Positions 31,615 to 39,661 of a stretch of 64,000 bases of DNA are shown here, piece after piece (position 1 is the stretch's first letter; each line of letters begins with the position of its first letter). The translations under genes and the position numbers were made by a program. The notes under the pieces are model-generated. The model saw nothing but the letters and a program-made list of their open reading frames with translations, was not told where the DNA came from and did not search any database. Source of the stretch: an uncultured Nitrospinota bacterium (lineage in GTDB: Bacteria > Tectomicrobia > Entotheonellia > J063 > CAVPRW01); assembly GCA_963707985.1 (NCBI GenBank), contig CAVPRW010000031.1:224001-288000 (forward strand). Direction: 5' to 3'.

Positions 31615-32413
31615 ATATGGCCGGTCGCTTACGTGACGATTTCTTAGGCGGTTCTTGTTACAATGACGGTCGGCTGCGGAGAGGTGCAAAGGGCAATGTT
31701 GAGATTCCCAATGGAGCTTGGCGATTACAGCTCTCTTATATGGCTAGTGGCGAAAAGACTAGCGTCTCAGTTGTCGAGAGTTCTATCGACTCATAGCAAG
31801 GACGTCGACGCAGGGAGATCTGCAAGAGATCCTTGAACAGTTAAAAGAGCGTTCTGACGCATGCACGTTGGGAAGGCTCACTTTCTGGAGTTCGAGCGCT
31901 AGCTGGGCCGAGAACGACCTTCTGATCCTGCATGTCTGAGGCTGCGATAACGCGCACCCTATTTCTAGAGGCGTCCTTCGACGCGAGTGAAGCGCTGCGG
32001 CCAGGAAAGCCGCGGAACGTTGCGCCGGACACAGGTATGATAAACACCTCTGTGCCGAGACATCAAATCGGATGCGAAATTAGACCACGCAGAGCTTGAT
32101 GTATGCGTGAGGCAGCCTGTACACCGTCATCCCGTGTACACCAGAGCGGTCCGCCAACGGTTGCCGAGCACCGTCAACATATCTGCAGCGCTCCCTTGGG
32201 CGATCTGATGGAGCTATGAACGCGAAGCGCTCGAGAGTCGCGAGGCTGGTGACATCAAGATGCTGTGGTTTATTGCGAATCTGTGACGCACAACAGCGTT
32301 CGAGGTCTAGCGATCGCGAACGTCATAGCTATCGGAAGCGTGATTGACTTAACCAGTTAGTGCGCAAAACTACCAAGGCCTATCATGGGTACCACGTTGG
32401 ACCGCGTCCTTGA

Positions 32414-32602
32414 GTGGACATCGGCTCTGCATGGCTATTTACTCCACGCCGACTGGTGGATGAGTACGTGCACGTGCTGATCGACATGAAGGATCCCCAT
32501 CGGAATAACGAGGCGCGTCTGTTCGGCAATCGGGTGCGGAGCTATCTCTCGTTTCTACTGACTGAATATGAACGCCTGGTGCGAGAGCAGCAATACCGCT
32601 GA
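32414..32602 (+). CDS. Hypothetical protein fragment (3' end of a cassette ORF)
   Basis: Stop lies 22 bp before the first complete attC. Confidence 0.4.
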   Translation: MDIGSAWLFTPRRLVDEYVHVLIDMKDPHRNNEARLFGNRVRSYLSFLLTEYERLVREQQYR

Positions 32603-32624
32603 ACTATACGGTGAGACATAGACC

Positions 32625-32710
32625 GCCGAACCAGGCACTGGAGCGGACACGGCCCTACAGCGCCGCTGCACGTTCCGCTTTCGGGCACGGCTCAGCTGCG
32701 AGCGTTCGGC
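32625..32710 (+). other. attC site (integron cassette recombination site), 86 bp
   Basis: GCCGAAC ... GTTCGGC complementary ends; inner TGGAGC / GCTCA boxes with extrahelical G. Confidence 0.85.
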
Positions 32711-32764
32711 CTCCTCGTTCTCCAATCGTATATACGATTCCCAATGGTATGAATTCTCCGGAAC

Positions 32765-33010
32765 TCACCCAAGTTGCGTGACTGCTTTAGGTTCAATCTC
32801 TACATGCTCCACGTCAAGACCTGCGGCTCTTACATCCCCGATGGCCGAGCGAATGGCATCTACCAATGAGGAGGCTGCACGGTGGAAGTGTATCTGGGGG
32901 ACTCCGGCGATGGTGGACAGCGTCCCATCATTACAGCATCCATAGAGCCTATCCGCTTCTTCCTCAGAGGGATCAGTTGTCAAAATAAGGGTAAATTCAT
33001 GTTCCTTCAT
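32765..33010 (-). CDS. Putative HicB-like antitoxin, no DNA-binding domain
   Basis: HEFTLIL...ADRLY..C.DGT.....G...IHFHRAASSLVDAIRSAI; directly downstream of the HicA-like gene. Confidence 0.55.
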   Translation of the reverse strand: MKEHEFTLILTTDPSEEEADRLYGCCNDGTLSTIAGVPQIHFHRAASSLVDAIRSAIGDVRAAGLDVEHVEIEPKAVTQLG

Positions 33011-33071
33011 GATGGCGTATTCCCTCCCGTTTCGCCCAACCCCTACCTGTCTTTTCCGACGGTAGTGGGCA

Positions 33072-33296
33072 TTAAGTGTGAGGACAGCGGTCGACGGCGC
33101 GGCGGATATCCCGAGCATGGTTTTCAGGATTCCGGGGTGTCGACATGATATGGATGCGGCAGCCGTCCCGCGCGTGGAGTGGACACCACAGCATACCCCA
33201 AATATGTGCCCGTGGGCCGGCTTGTGTCACGACCCAGCCTTGGCTTTCGGCGTAGCGAATCGCTTCCTGAATATGTTTGTTGGGGTGCTCGGCCAT
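33072..33296 (-). CDS. Putative HicA-like toxin
   Basis: HPNKHIQEAIRYAESQGW....G..AH.WG...CP....STP; 74 aa, GW...H pattern of the HicA fold. Confidence 0.6.
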   Translation of the reverse strand: MAEHPNKHIQEAIRYAESQGWVVTQAGPRAHIWGMLWCPLHARDGCRIHIMSTPRNPENHARDIRRAVDRCPHT

Positions 33297-33386
33297 GATT
33301 TTCTTCGTTGCCTATGTGTAGTTTTGATGGCGTTTATTATATCATGGCCGGAGCATTCATAGGGCAGAGACAAGGAGAGAGCCTCA

Positions 33387-33419
33387 GGCTTCTACCCGGC
33401 TTGACGCCCAGCGTTAGGG
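33387..33419 (+). other. attC 3' half (truncated)
   Basis: GGCTTCTACCCGGCTTGACGCCCAGCGTTAGGG ending in the GTTRRR core; no 5' half seen. Confidence 0.55.
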
Positions 33420-33624
33420 GCCAGCACCTCAGGAATGTGAGCATCCTTGGGCAGGAGAACAACCATGGCCGCTCTCCTCAGCGGAGACCCATTCCCCAGA
33501 GTGGTGGGGGAGTGCCCAACGTCGTCTGAGACCGTCAGAGGTTCTTCTTTCATCAGCCCTTGTGATTACCACCGGGTGTGGTTGCGAGTAGCATCGGGTC
33601 ATCTCAGCGAAAGGAGGGGGTTGT

Positions 33625-34008
33625 ATGCCCGCACGGAACCCTGAAGAGTTGGATCGCTTGTTCTCAGACGCCTTGAACGCCGGCAATCTGGATGCGCTCG
33701 TGGCGCTGTACGAACCACACGCGACCTTGACTCCGGAACCAAGCCAAGTCGTCACTGGGACCCAGGCCATTCGGGCGGCCTTAAGCGCTTTTGTGGCCGT
33801 CAAGCCGATGATCACTTTAGAAGTCAAGACCCTCGCCCAGACAGGGGACATTACGCTCACCTCTGCCAAATGGGCCCTGTCAGGGACAGGGTCTGACGGC
33901 CACCACACCACGATGAGCGGCCACAGCGTGGAAGTGTCACGGCGGCAGCCAGATGGGAGTTGGCTGTTCGTGATCGATACCCCCTGGGGTCTTGCGTGGG
34001 ATGCATAA
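33625..34008 (+). CDS. NTF2/SnoaL-like (YybH/DUF4440) protein, cassette gene
   Basis: F.DALNAGNLDALVALYE, G..AIRA, RRQPDGSWLFVIDTPWG. Confidence 0.8.
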   Translation: MPARNPEELDRLFSDALNAGNLDALVALYEPHATLTPEPSQVVTGTQAIRAALSAFVAVKPMITLEVKTLAQTGDITLTSAKWALSGTGSDGHHTTMSGHSVEVSRRQPDGSWLFVIDTPWGLAWDA

Positions 34009-34065
34009 GTCCCCTAGCATTCCAGGCAGTTTTTATGTGTTCTGCTCTACTCACAGCAACGTAGC

Positions 34066-34162
34066 CCCTAACCACCCAGTGGAGCGGACGGCCCACAGGG
34101 CAGGCTCTGGGCTCATTCGCAGCTCCTTACCCGTGGGCCGCTGCTCACCGGCAGCGTTCGGC
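34066..34162 (+). other. attC site, 97 bp
   Basis: CCCTAAC..GTGGAGCGGACGGCCCAC ... GTGGGCCGCTGCTCAC..GTTCGGC long imperfect hairpin. Confidence 0.88.
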
Positions 34163-34240
34163 TTTAGTAGCTCACCCTCTCGTTTCGGCGTACAATGTTG
34201 TCCTCGAGTACAACATCATGCATACCGGATATGCAGCCTT

Positions 34241-34477
34241 ATGCCCACAGTGCTTCGGCTGGGACCGTATCGTTTCATTTTTTTCAGGTCCGACCATGGA
34301 GAGCCACCGTACATCCACGTGACACGAGAGCGGCCTGTGGCCAAATTCTGGCTTGAGCCGGTATCGCTGGTGATCAATCGTGGCTTCCGAGAGCACGAGG
34401 TCCGCCGAATTATGCGGTGAGTAAGACAACATCACGCCACTCTTCTTGAGGCATGGCATGACTACTTTGGTCCTTGA
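34241..34477 (+). pseudogene. DUF4160 family protein (putative toxin) with in-frame TGA at 34418
   Basis: MPTVLRLGPYRFIFF..DHGEPPYIHV...AKFWLEPV; frame continues after the stop ...LLEAWHDYFGP*. Confidence 0.75.
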
Positions 34478-34763
34478 AACAGAGCCCGTTGTGGTACATG
34501 TGACGGTCACAGCAGACAAGTTAACCGTCGACCTCGCCGACGGACGTAGTCTGATGGTCCCATTGGTGTGGTATCCCCGCCTTCTGCACGGCTCCCCTGC
34601 AGAGCGACAACACTGGCAGTTACTCGGCGATGGCTACGCGATTGAGTGGCCAGACCTGGACGAGCATATTGGGGTGGAAGGCTTATTGGCGGGGCGACGG
34701 AGCGGGGAAAGCCAACAGTCCTTCGCACGTTGGCTGGCTTCTCGTACAAGACAGCCTGAATAA
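34458..34763 (+). CDS. DUF2442 family protein (putative antitoxin)
   Basis: L.VDLADGR.L.VPL.WYPRL, IEWPDLDE.I.VEGLLAG; overlaps the DUF4160 gene. Confidence 0.85.
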   Translation: MTTLVLETEPVVVHVTVTADKLTVDLADGRSLMVPLVWYPRLLHGSPAERQHWQLLGDGYAIEWPDLDEHIGVEGLLAGRRSGESQQSFARWLASRTRQPE

Positions 34764-34814
34764 GCGGGGATGCAACCTCGCAGCCTCCAGTCGCAGTCCT
34801 CGGGTTGGGGCTAC

Positions 34815-34926
34815 GCCGAACAATGGCGTGCAGCGGACGGTGTAACAGCGGTCATTGGCAGCTTGGTGGTCCAATCAGCAGTCGGGGGTCGTGCGGCCCC
34901 GCCGCACAACTCGCAGCCCGTTAGGG
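34815..34926 (+). other. attC site, 112 bp, somewhat degenerate
   Basis: GCCGAACAATGGCGTGCAGCGGACG ... CCGCCGCA..CCCGTTAGGG. Confidence 0.7.
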
Positions 34927-35366
34927 CTCAAGAACGTATGACAAACCACCTGCGACGCCGGTACTGATCCTATCCGGATGTTCTGCAGGACGATGCCGAG
35001 AGCAGGGGCACGCGTCAGAGGGCCATCTGCAGTAAGGAGTGACGCCTCATAGACGCGTGCAGCGGCCACATAAAATGCATCGTAGGCACTGACGTTATGG
35101 CGGTGTTGCCAGGCTTCTCGGATCATGGCGGTGTGCGTAATACGGTCGATTGGCCAGTCGCGGAGATCCTCGAGGTCCAATCGTGCACGCGCCTCCTCAA
35201 GCTGCTGGCGTAGCACGGCGCGTCTCAAGACCGAGAGCACCTCGACGTCCAATAGTTCCGGGGCAAGTCAGAAGACGCCCTCAACGAGGTCAGCAAGCTT
35301 GAGGCCAAGCGGCGTGCGCGGGAGATATTCTGCGGCGGCGGAGGCATCGACCACATAACGGATCAC
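34875..35366 (-). CDS. vapC: VapC/PIN-domain toxin, frameshifted near 35270; 3' end uncertain
   Basis: VVDASA, APELLDVEV, SAYDAFYVAAA, LLTAD. Confidence 0.8.
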
Positions 35367-35596
35367 GGCAGATCCTGCTCCCGCTGTTGTCGGTCCTGTT
35401 CGAGCAGCGACGCCGCTGACACCCCAAGTTCAGTCATAGGGCGCTGGGCAAGCCGTTCGTGCCATTCGTGTCGCGCCAGTTCCCGTTCGAGGGCGATCAG
35501 CACGATGTCATTCAAGGTGCACTGGTGCTCTTGCGCGTAACGCCGCAAGCGCTGATGGAGAGTCTCAGGTACATTTTTGACTTGCAGAGTAGCCAT
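35363..35596 (-). CDS. FitA-like ribbon-helix-helix antitoxin
   Basis: MATLQVKNVPETLHQRLRRYA; GTGA overlap with vapC. Confidence 0.8.
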   Translation of the reverse strand: MATLQVKNVPETLHQRLRRYAQEHQCTLNDIVLIALERELARHEWHERLAQRPMTELGVSAASLLEQDRQQREQDLP

Positions 35597-35639
35597 GGCA
35601 TGAATATGGCCTGCTGTCGACATGCTGTCAAGTGCCACA

Positions 35640-36246
35640 GAACTGTGGAGCAATACACCTTCCAGCCCTCACAAGGCAGTGGAGCTAGTCCCACACCTCC
35701 AGCGCTTTTTAGAGATGTTCTTGCGTGACCGAGAAAACGCATTCCCCGCCGCTGTGCAGGGCGACCTGTTTGAGCCGTTACACCTCACGTGGGTGCAAGT
35801 GAACCCCGTCAATCTCGTCGCGAGGTCTATAGATGAAATCCTCATGCTCCCTGCGCGCGTCTCAAGAGAGCCCTTGAAATGGTCTGATGTGGCTATCGTG
35901 GCTCAGACGCACCGCACAGGTTCCGACGCCGTCTCGGGTCTTGAGGCCCATTCGGTCGTGCCATGTTTTTGGAACTGACCATGCGTCTTCGCGCTGGCGC
36001 AAGTCAGCATTCTGGATGGGAGACGCACGCGTAAAGGCTGCTACTCTTCACAGCTTCAAGGGCTGGGAATCGCCGCATCTAGTCGTGCTCATCAACACCG
36101 CTCGAGGTCCCGAAGAGTGTCGCGGAATCTACGTGACGCTATCGAGACTACATCGTCGTGCTGGTGGGAGCATGCTGCTTGTGGTGAGCGCGGCCCTAGA
36201 ACTGGCAGCCTACGGCAGCACATGGCCGAGTGTTTCATCGCAATGA
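35640..36246 (+). pseudogene. C-terminal fragment of an SF1 (UvrD-like) helicase
   Basis: TLHSFKGWE (motif V), YVTLSR (motif VI); no N-terminus; frameshifted. Confidence 0.65.
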
Positions 36247-36253
36247 GAGGTTC

Positions 36254-36275
36254 GCCGAACAACAGCATCAGCGGC
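36254..36275 (+). other. attC 5' half (truncated)
   Basis: GCCGAACAACAGCATCAGCGG, 7 bp after the helicase-fragment stop. Confidence 0.5.
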
Positions 36276-36388
36276 GGGTCAGAACCAAAGGGTGTACAAT
36301 GGCTGAAGAGCAATCGGCCCCTCTTAAACTTGGAGCAATCAAGAGCTGAGCATGCCCGGCACAGGGCTGTGACCGTGAGCGGTGATGA

Positions 36389-36628
36389 GTGACGACAGCG
36401 TTTGAGATCCTTGGCGAGATCATAGATGTTGAGACCATCGCAGCGGGCCGGGGTGTGTACATCCGACGCTATCTGGAGCGCACTTACGGCAGGGGCCGTT
36501 GGCGGAAAATGAAGGGCATCGCCACGGTGCGACTTGCGGATGGTACAATCTGCGAAGCCGAGATCCACTGGTTTGAAGCGCACGGCATCGGTCGGAAGGA
36601 TTTCAAAATCAAGAGGGTGATTCGATGA
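36389..36628 (+). CDS. Small basic hypothetical protein (candidate toxin)
   Basis: 79 aa, VETIA.G......L...YG.GRWRK.KG.A.V...EIHW.EAHGIG; coupled to the next gene. Confidence 0.7.
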   Translation: MTTAFEILGEIIDVETIAAGRGVYIRRYLERTYGRGRWRKMKGIATVRLADGTICEAEIHWFEAHGIGRKDFKIKRVIR

Positions 36629-36852
36629 GTGATTTTGTGATCTGCATCAATAATGACAGTAATCCGGCAAGCCTCATCCTCGGCAAAGTCTACCGTACAC
36701 TGCCGGATGCAGAGGCAGCAGCGCACAACATGCTCCGCATCATAGACGAGGACAAGTCAGAGCCTGACGGCTATCTCTACCCTGCGGCCATGTTTGCGCC
36801 GATCGAGCTGCCGGAAGTGGCAAAGCGGGTGCTCATGGCAGCAGGCGACTGA
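36625..36852 (+). CDS. Small acidic hypothetical protein (candidate antitoxin)
   Basis: 75 aa, FVICI.N...ASL..GKVY..LPD..A....LRIIDE...YLYP..F; ATGA overlap. Confidence 0.7.
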   Translation: MSDFVICINNDSNPASLILGKVYRTLPDAEAAAHNMLRIIDEDKSEPDGYLYPAAMFAPIELPEVAKRVLMAAGD

Positions 36853-36883
36853 ACCCAAGCGGCGCCTTTTGCGTAGAGAAGCC

Positions 36884-36947
36884 GCCTAACCACTTGCTGG
36901 AGCGGACGCGCAAATAGCCGCGCGCCACTCAGCTTCGTGCGTTAGGT
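36884..36947 (+). other. attC site, 64 bp
   Basis: GCCTAAC..TGGAGCGGACGCGC ... GCGCGCCACTCA..GTTAGGT. Confidence 0.88.
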
Positions 36948-37047
36948 CCCTGCGCAAGACAAGTCTTGACCCATCTCCAGGTATGACATATGGTAATACC
37001 TACTGCCATGAACTTTGCTCGATGCTCAAAGGCATACGTGGAGGTGC

Positions 37048-37293
37048 ATGATGGCACGAACGAAAGTGGCGATTTCTCTTGATGAGCACACACTGCAGCG
37101 GCTCGATCAGCTCGTCGCAAACGCGGTGTTCCCCAGTCGGAGTCAAGCTATCCAGATCGCCATTGAAGAAAAGCTGGTGCGGCTCGAACAGAGCCGCTTG
37201 GCCCGCGAGTGTGCAAAGCTGGACCCGGCCTTTGAGAAGGCACTGGCGGAAGAAGGGCTGGCTGAGGACGCAGCGGCATGGCCCGCATACTGA
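37048..37293 (+). CDS. Ribbon-helix-helix (CopG-like) antitoxin
   Basis: KVAISLD..L.RLD.LV....SRSQAIQ.A; ends E.ALAEEG. Confidence 0.85.
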   Translation: MMARTKVAISLDEHTLQRLDQLVANAVFPSRSQAIQIAIEEKLVRLEQSRLARECAKLDPAFEKALAEEGLAEDAAAWPAY

Positions 37294-37616
37294 GGGGCGA
37301 GATTCGCTGGGCTGACCTGAATCCCACCCGTGGTCGGGAGCAAGCGGGGCGGCGGCCCGTTCTGATTCTTAGCCATGATATCTTCAACGAGCGGTCTGGA
37401 ACAGTAATTGCCGTTGCCCTGACCAGCCAACCCCAACGTGCTGGCTTTCCGTTGACGCTCGAACTCAGCGCGCCAGGGCTCCCTGCAAGGTCGTGGGTAA
37501 AAATCAGTCAAATTCGCACCCTGGCTGTTGAACGCATTGGGCCACGGCTTGCCCGTGCCACGCCGGAGGAAATGCTGCGGGTCATCGAGGGCCTCAACGA
37601 AATCATTGGGACCTAA
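37278..37616 (+). CDS. PemK/MazF family endoribonuclease toxin
   Basis: RGEIRWADLNPTRGREQAGRRPVLILS, SQIRTL..ERI. Confidence 0.92.
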   Translation: MARILRGEIRWADLNPTRGREQAGRRPVLILSHDIFNERSGTVIAVALTSQPQRAGFPLTLELSAPGLPARSWVKISQIRTLAVERIGPRLARATPEEMLRVIEGLNEIIGT

Positions 37617-37630
37617 CATCGCCTTGGAAC
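37611..37630 (+). other. attC 5' half overlapping the toxin stop codon
   Basis: ACCTAAC (contains the TAA stop) followed by ATCGCCTTGGAAC. Confidence 0.5.
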
Positions 37631-37786
37631 ACCTGGAACTGCTCCGGGAGCTGCTAGCTCAGCACGAGGCTGAGGAGATCGCTGCCCAGGTCGATTGGGC
37701 ACAGGTGGCGCAAGTCTCCCCTCCTTCCCACCACTGGTTCGAAGAGGACGAGCTCAAGCCATTTTGAAGGCACACAGGGGACCGGT

Positions 37787-37880
37787 ATGCCCGGGCGACT
37801 CCAAAGGGATGTTATGACGTTTCATGGGCAATCAGTCGATGAACTTTGTCAGGCATGCGCCACCTCTGTCGCGGAAAATA
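37787..37880 (+). pseudogene. HicB-like antitoxin fragment
   Basis: RDVMTFHGQSVDEL.QA...SV resembles HicB DVITF.G.SV.EL..AF. Confidence 0.5.
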
Positions 37881-37918
37881 TGCTGAGCCACGCCATCCTA
37901 TTGCGGCCGCAAGGCGCC

Positions 37919-38569
37919 TCATCGCCCAGCATACACGCTGTCGAAGAACATGGCCTCATAGATCAGTGCGAGCTCGGCAGCAGTTGATATCAGACGGCAC
38001 ATCTCATCAGTGGTGGCAAAGCGGGCGATGAAGGCTTCTTCCTGGCGCACGTCGAGTGGCGGGATATCGAAGCCGGCCACGGCCTCAGCCGGCAGATCGT
38101 AGTGCGTCTGCAACGCCTGATGCATGCGGCGGCAGACCTCTGCCCAGCTTTCTTCGATCATCAACACCGCGGCCATGTTTTCGCCAGGGGTCGCACAGCC
38201 CGCCAGGCGAAACTGATAATTGGTAGCGGCGAGGGCGCCCGGCAACGGTTGCGAGGCGCGCAAGGTGTCAGCACTGATCCCGAGGGCCTGAATGAAGTTG
38301 CGATACAGCGAGAGATAGCCGACCTCGCGACTCGCGACTTCGATGAACCACTCTTTCATATCCAAATCGGGGGCTTGCAGGACGCACATGGCGAAGTAAT
38401 CGTAGATGCCGCGGACATAATGATGTTCCTGCTCGGCAAAACGGACCAAGGTCTCGCGCGGTATGAGACCTTTCACGGTATCCTGCACGAACACGTGATC
38501 GGTGACGCGCCGCATCGACGGTTCGGTGTCGCGACGCAACTGCCTGACGAAATCTCTTCCATCCGTCAT
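37919..38569 (-). CDS. TenA family (heme oxygenase-like fold) protein
   Basis: H.FV....G......RF..QE..Y, E..FF near the C-terminus; Glu in place of the TenA_C Cys. Confidence 0.65.
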   Translation of the reverse strand: MTDGRDFVRQLRRDTEPSMRRVTDHVFVQDTVKGLIPRETLVRFAEQEHHYVRGIYDYFAMCVLQAPDLDMKEWFIEVASREVGYLSLYRNFIQALGISADTLRASQPLPGALAATNYQFRLAGCATPGENMAAVLMIEESWAEVCRRMHQALQTHYDLPAEAVAGFDIPPLDVRQEEAFIARFATTDEMCRLISTAAELALIYEAMFFDSVYAGR

Positions 38570-38603
38570 GGTTCGCCGCCCTCCTCTACTGTGAAGGTGA
38601 CTG

Positions 38604-39531
38604 CTACACGTAGATGGTCCCATCGATGACCTTGACGACACGGCCACCGACCCGCACGCTGGAGATCGTCGCGCCATCCTGCACGATCTCGATCAGGATG
38701 CGGCTCGGCCGCCCCAGCTCATATCCCTGCTCATTTTCGAGGCAGACGACCGTCGCCTCGCCACCGAACACCCGATAATGTACCAGATACGCCCCAAGCG
38801 CGCCGCTGGCGCTGCCCGTCGCCGGATCTTCGAAAACACCGGCCAGGGGAGCGAAGAGCCGGGAGTGCACGTGAGCACTGGAGGTGACGGTTTCGCGTGT
38901 AAAGGCGTAGATGCTGTGTGTGTCATAGCGCTGACAGATCGTGTGTAGAGCTCCAAGCTCCAGTGTGATGGCCTGTACGGCCGCCAAAGATCGCACCGGC
39001 ACCATGAGCTGGGGTAAACCGGTGCTGACCAGCTGTGCCGGCAGACCAGTGCTCAAGATATCCTGCGGATCGAGCCCGAGACCGCGGGCAAGTTGCCCGA
39101 CATCTGCCGGGGGCAAGATAGCGAGGAACTGCGGGGCGGGCTGAGTCATGGTCACTTGCGTCACCACCTCATCTATGCAGGCGATGGCAACAGGCACCAC
39201 GCCGATGCCCAATTCGAGCCTAATCTCAAAATGTTCCCCACGGTGCGGGATCAGGCCCTCCGTCGCCAGCACGTAACTGGTGCCCAGCACCGGATGTCCG
39301 GCGAAAGGCAGTTCCAGTTGCGGGGTAAAGATGCGCACCTTGGCATGCGCCGACGGGATCGGTCGACGGCAGGACGAAGGTGGTTTCGGAAAGGTTCATC
39401 TCGCGCGCGATGGCTTGCATCTGCTCGCCAGTGAGCCCACGGCCCTCGAGGATCACGGCCAAGGGGTTGCCACAAAACGGCGTGTCGGTAAAGACGTCAA
39501 CCTGTACGAAGCGACGCGCAGGCACTTTCAA
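38604..39531 (-). CDS. PhzF family isomerase/epimerase, frameshifted near 39345
   Basis: QVDVFT, GNPLAV, NLSETTFV, ELPFAGHP, EDPATGSA. Confidence 0.9.
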
Positions 39532-39544
39532 CGCTCCTCCTCGC

Positions 39545-39636
39545 TCCTTCCTCCTTGGGAGGAAAGCCCGGATGGGGGGTTGGATGACAAAACATCCTGC
39601 CCTCTACCCGCATCTTCCTCCACAAGGGGGGAGGAC
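39545..39636. repeat. REP-like intergenic palindromic element
   Basis: TTCCTCCTTGGGAGGAA hairpin and CCTCCACAAGGGGGGAGG hairpin in facing arrangement. Confidence 0.4.
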
Positions 39637-39661
39637 TACTCGCCACACCTCCCCTGAATAG

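Noticed and set aside
31620..32400. Possible attI site or further cassettes
   Set aside because: Only short motif-free ORFs; no attI can be distinguished without an intact integrase context.
34418..34420. In-frame TGA in DUF4160 as selenocysteine
   Set aside because: The position is not a recognisable Cys site and I see no convincing SECIS hairpin. A nonsense mutation or base error is simpler.
32625..37630. Spaced repeats read as a CRISPR array
   Set aside because: Repeats vary in length, are hairpins with AAC/GTT cores and are separated by whole genes; no cas genes are present. They fit attC sites.
38604..39531. Phenazine biosynthesis
   Set aside because: Only a PhzF-family gene; no phzA/B, D, E or G in the window.
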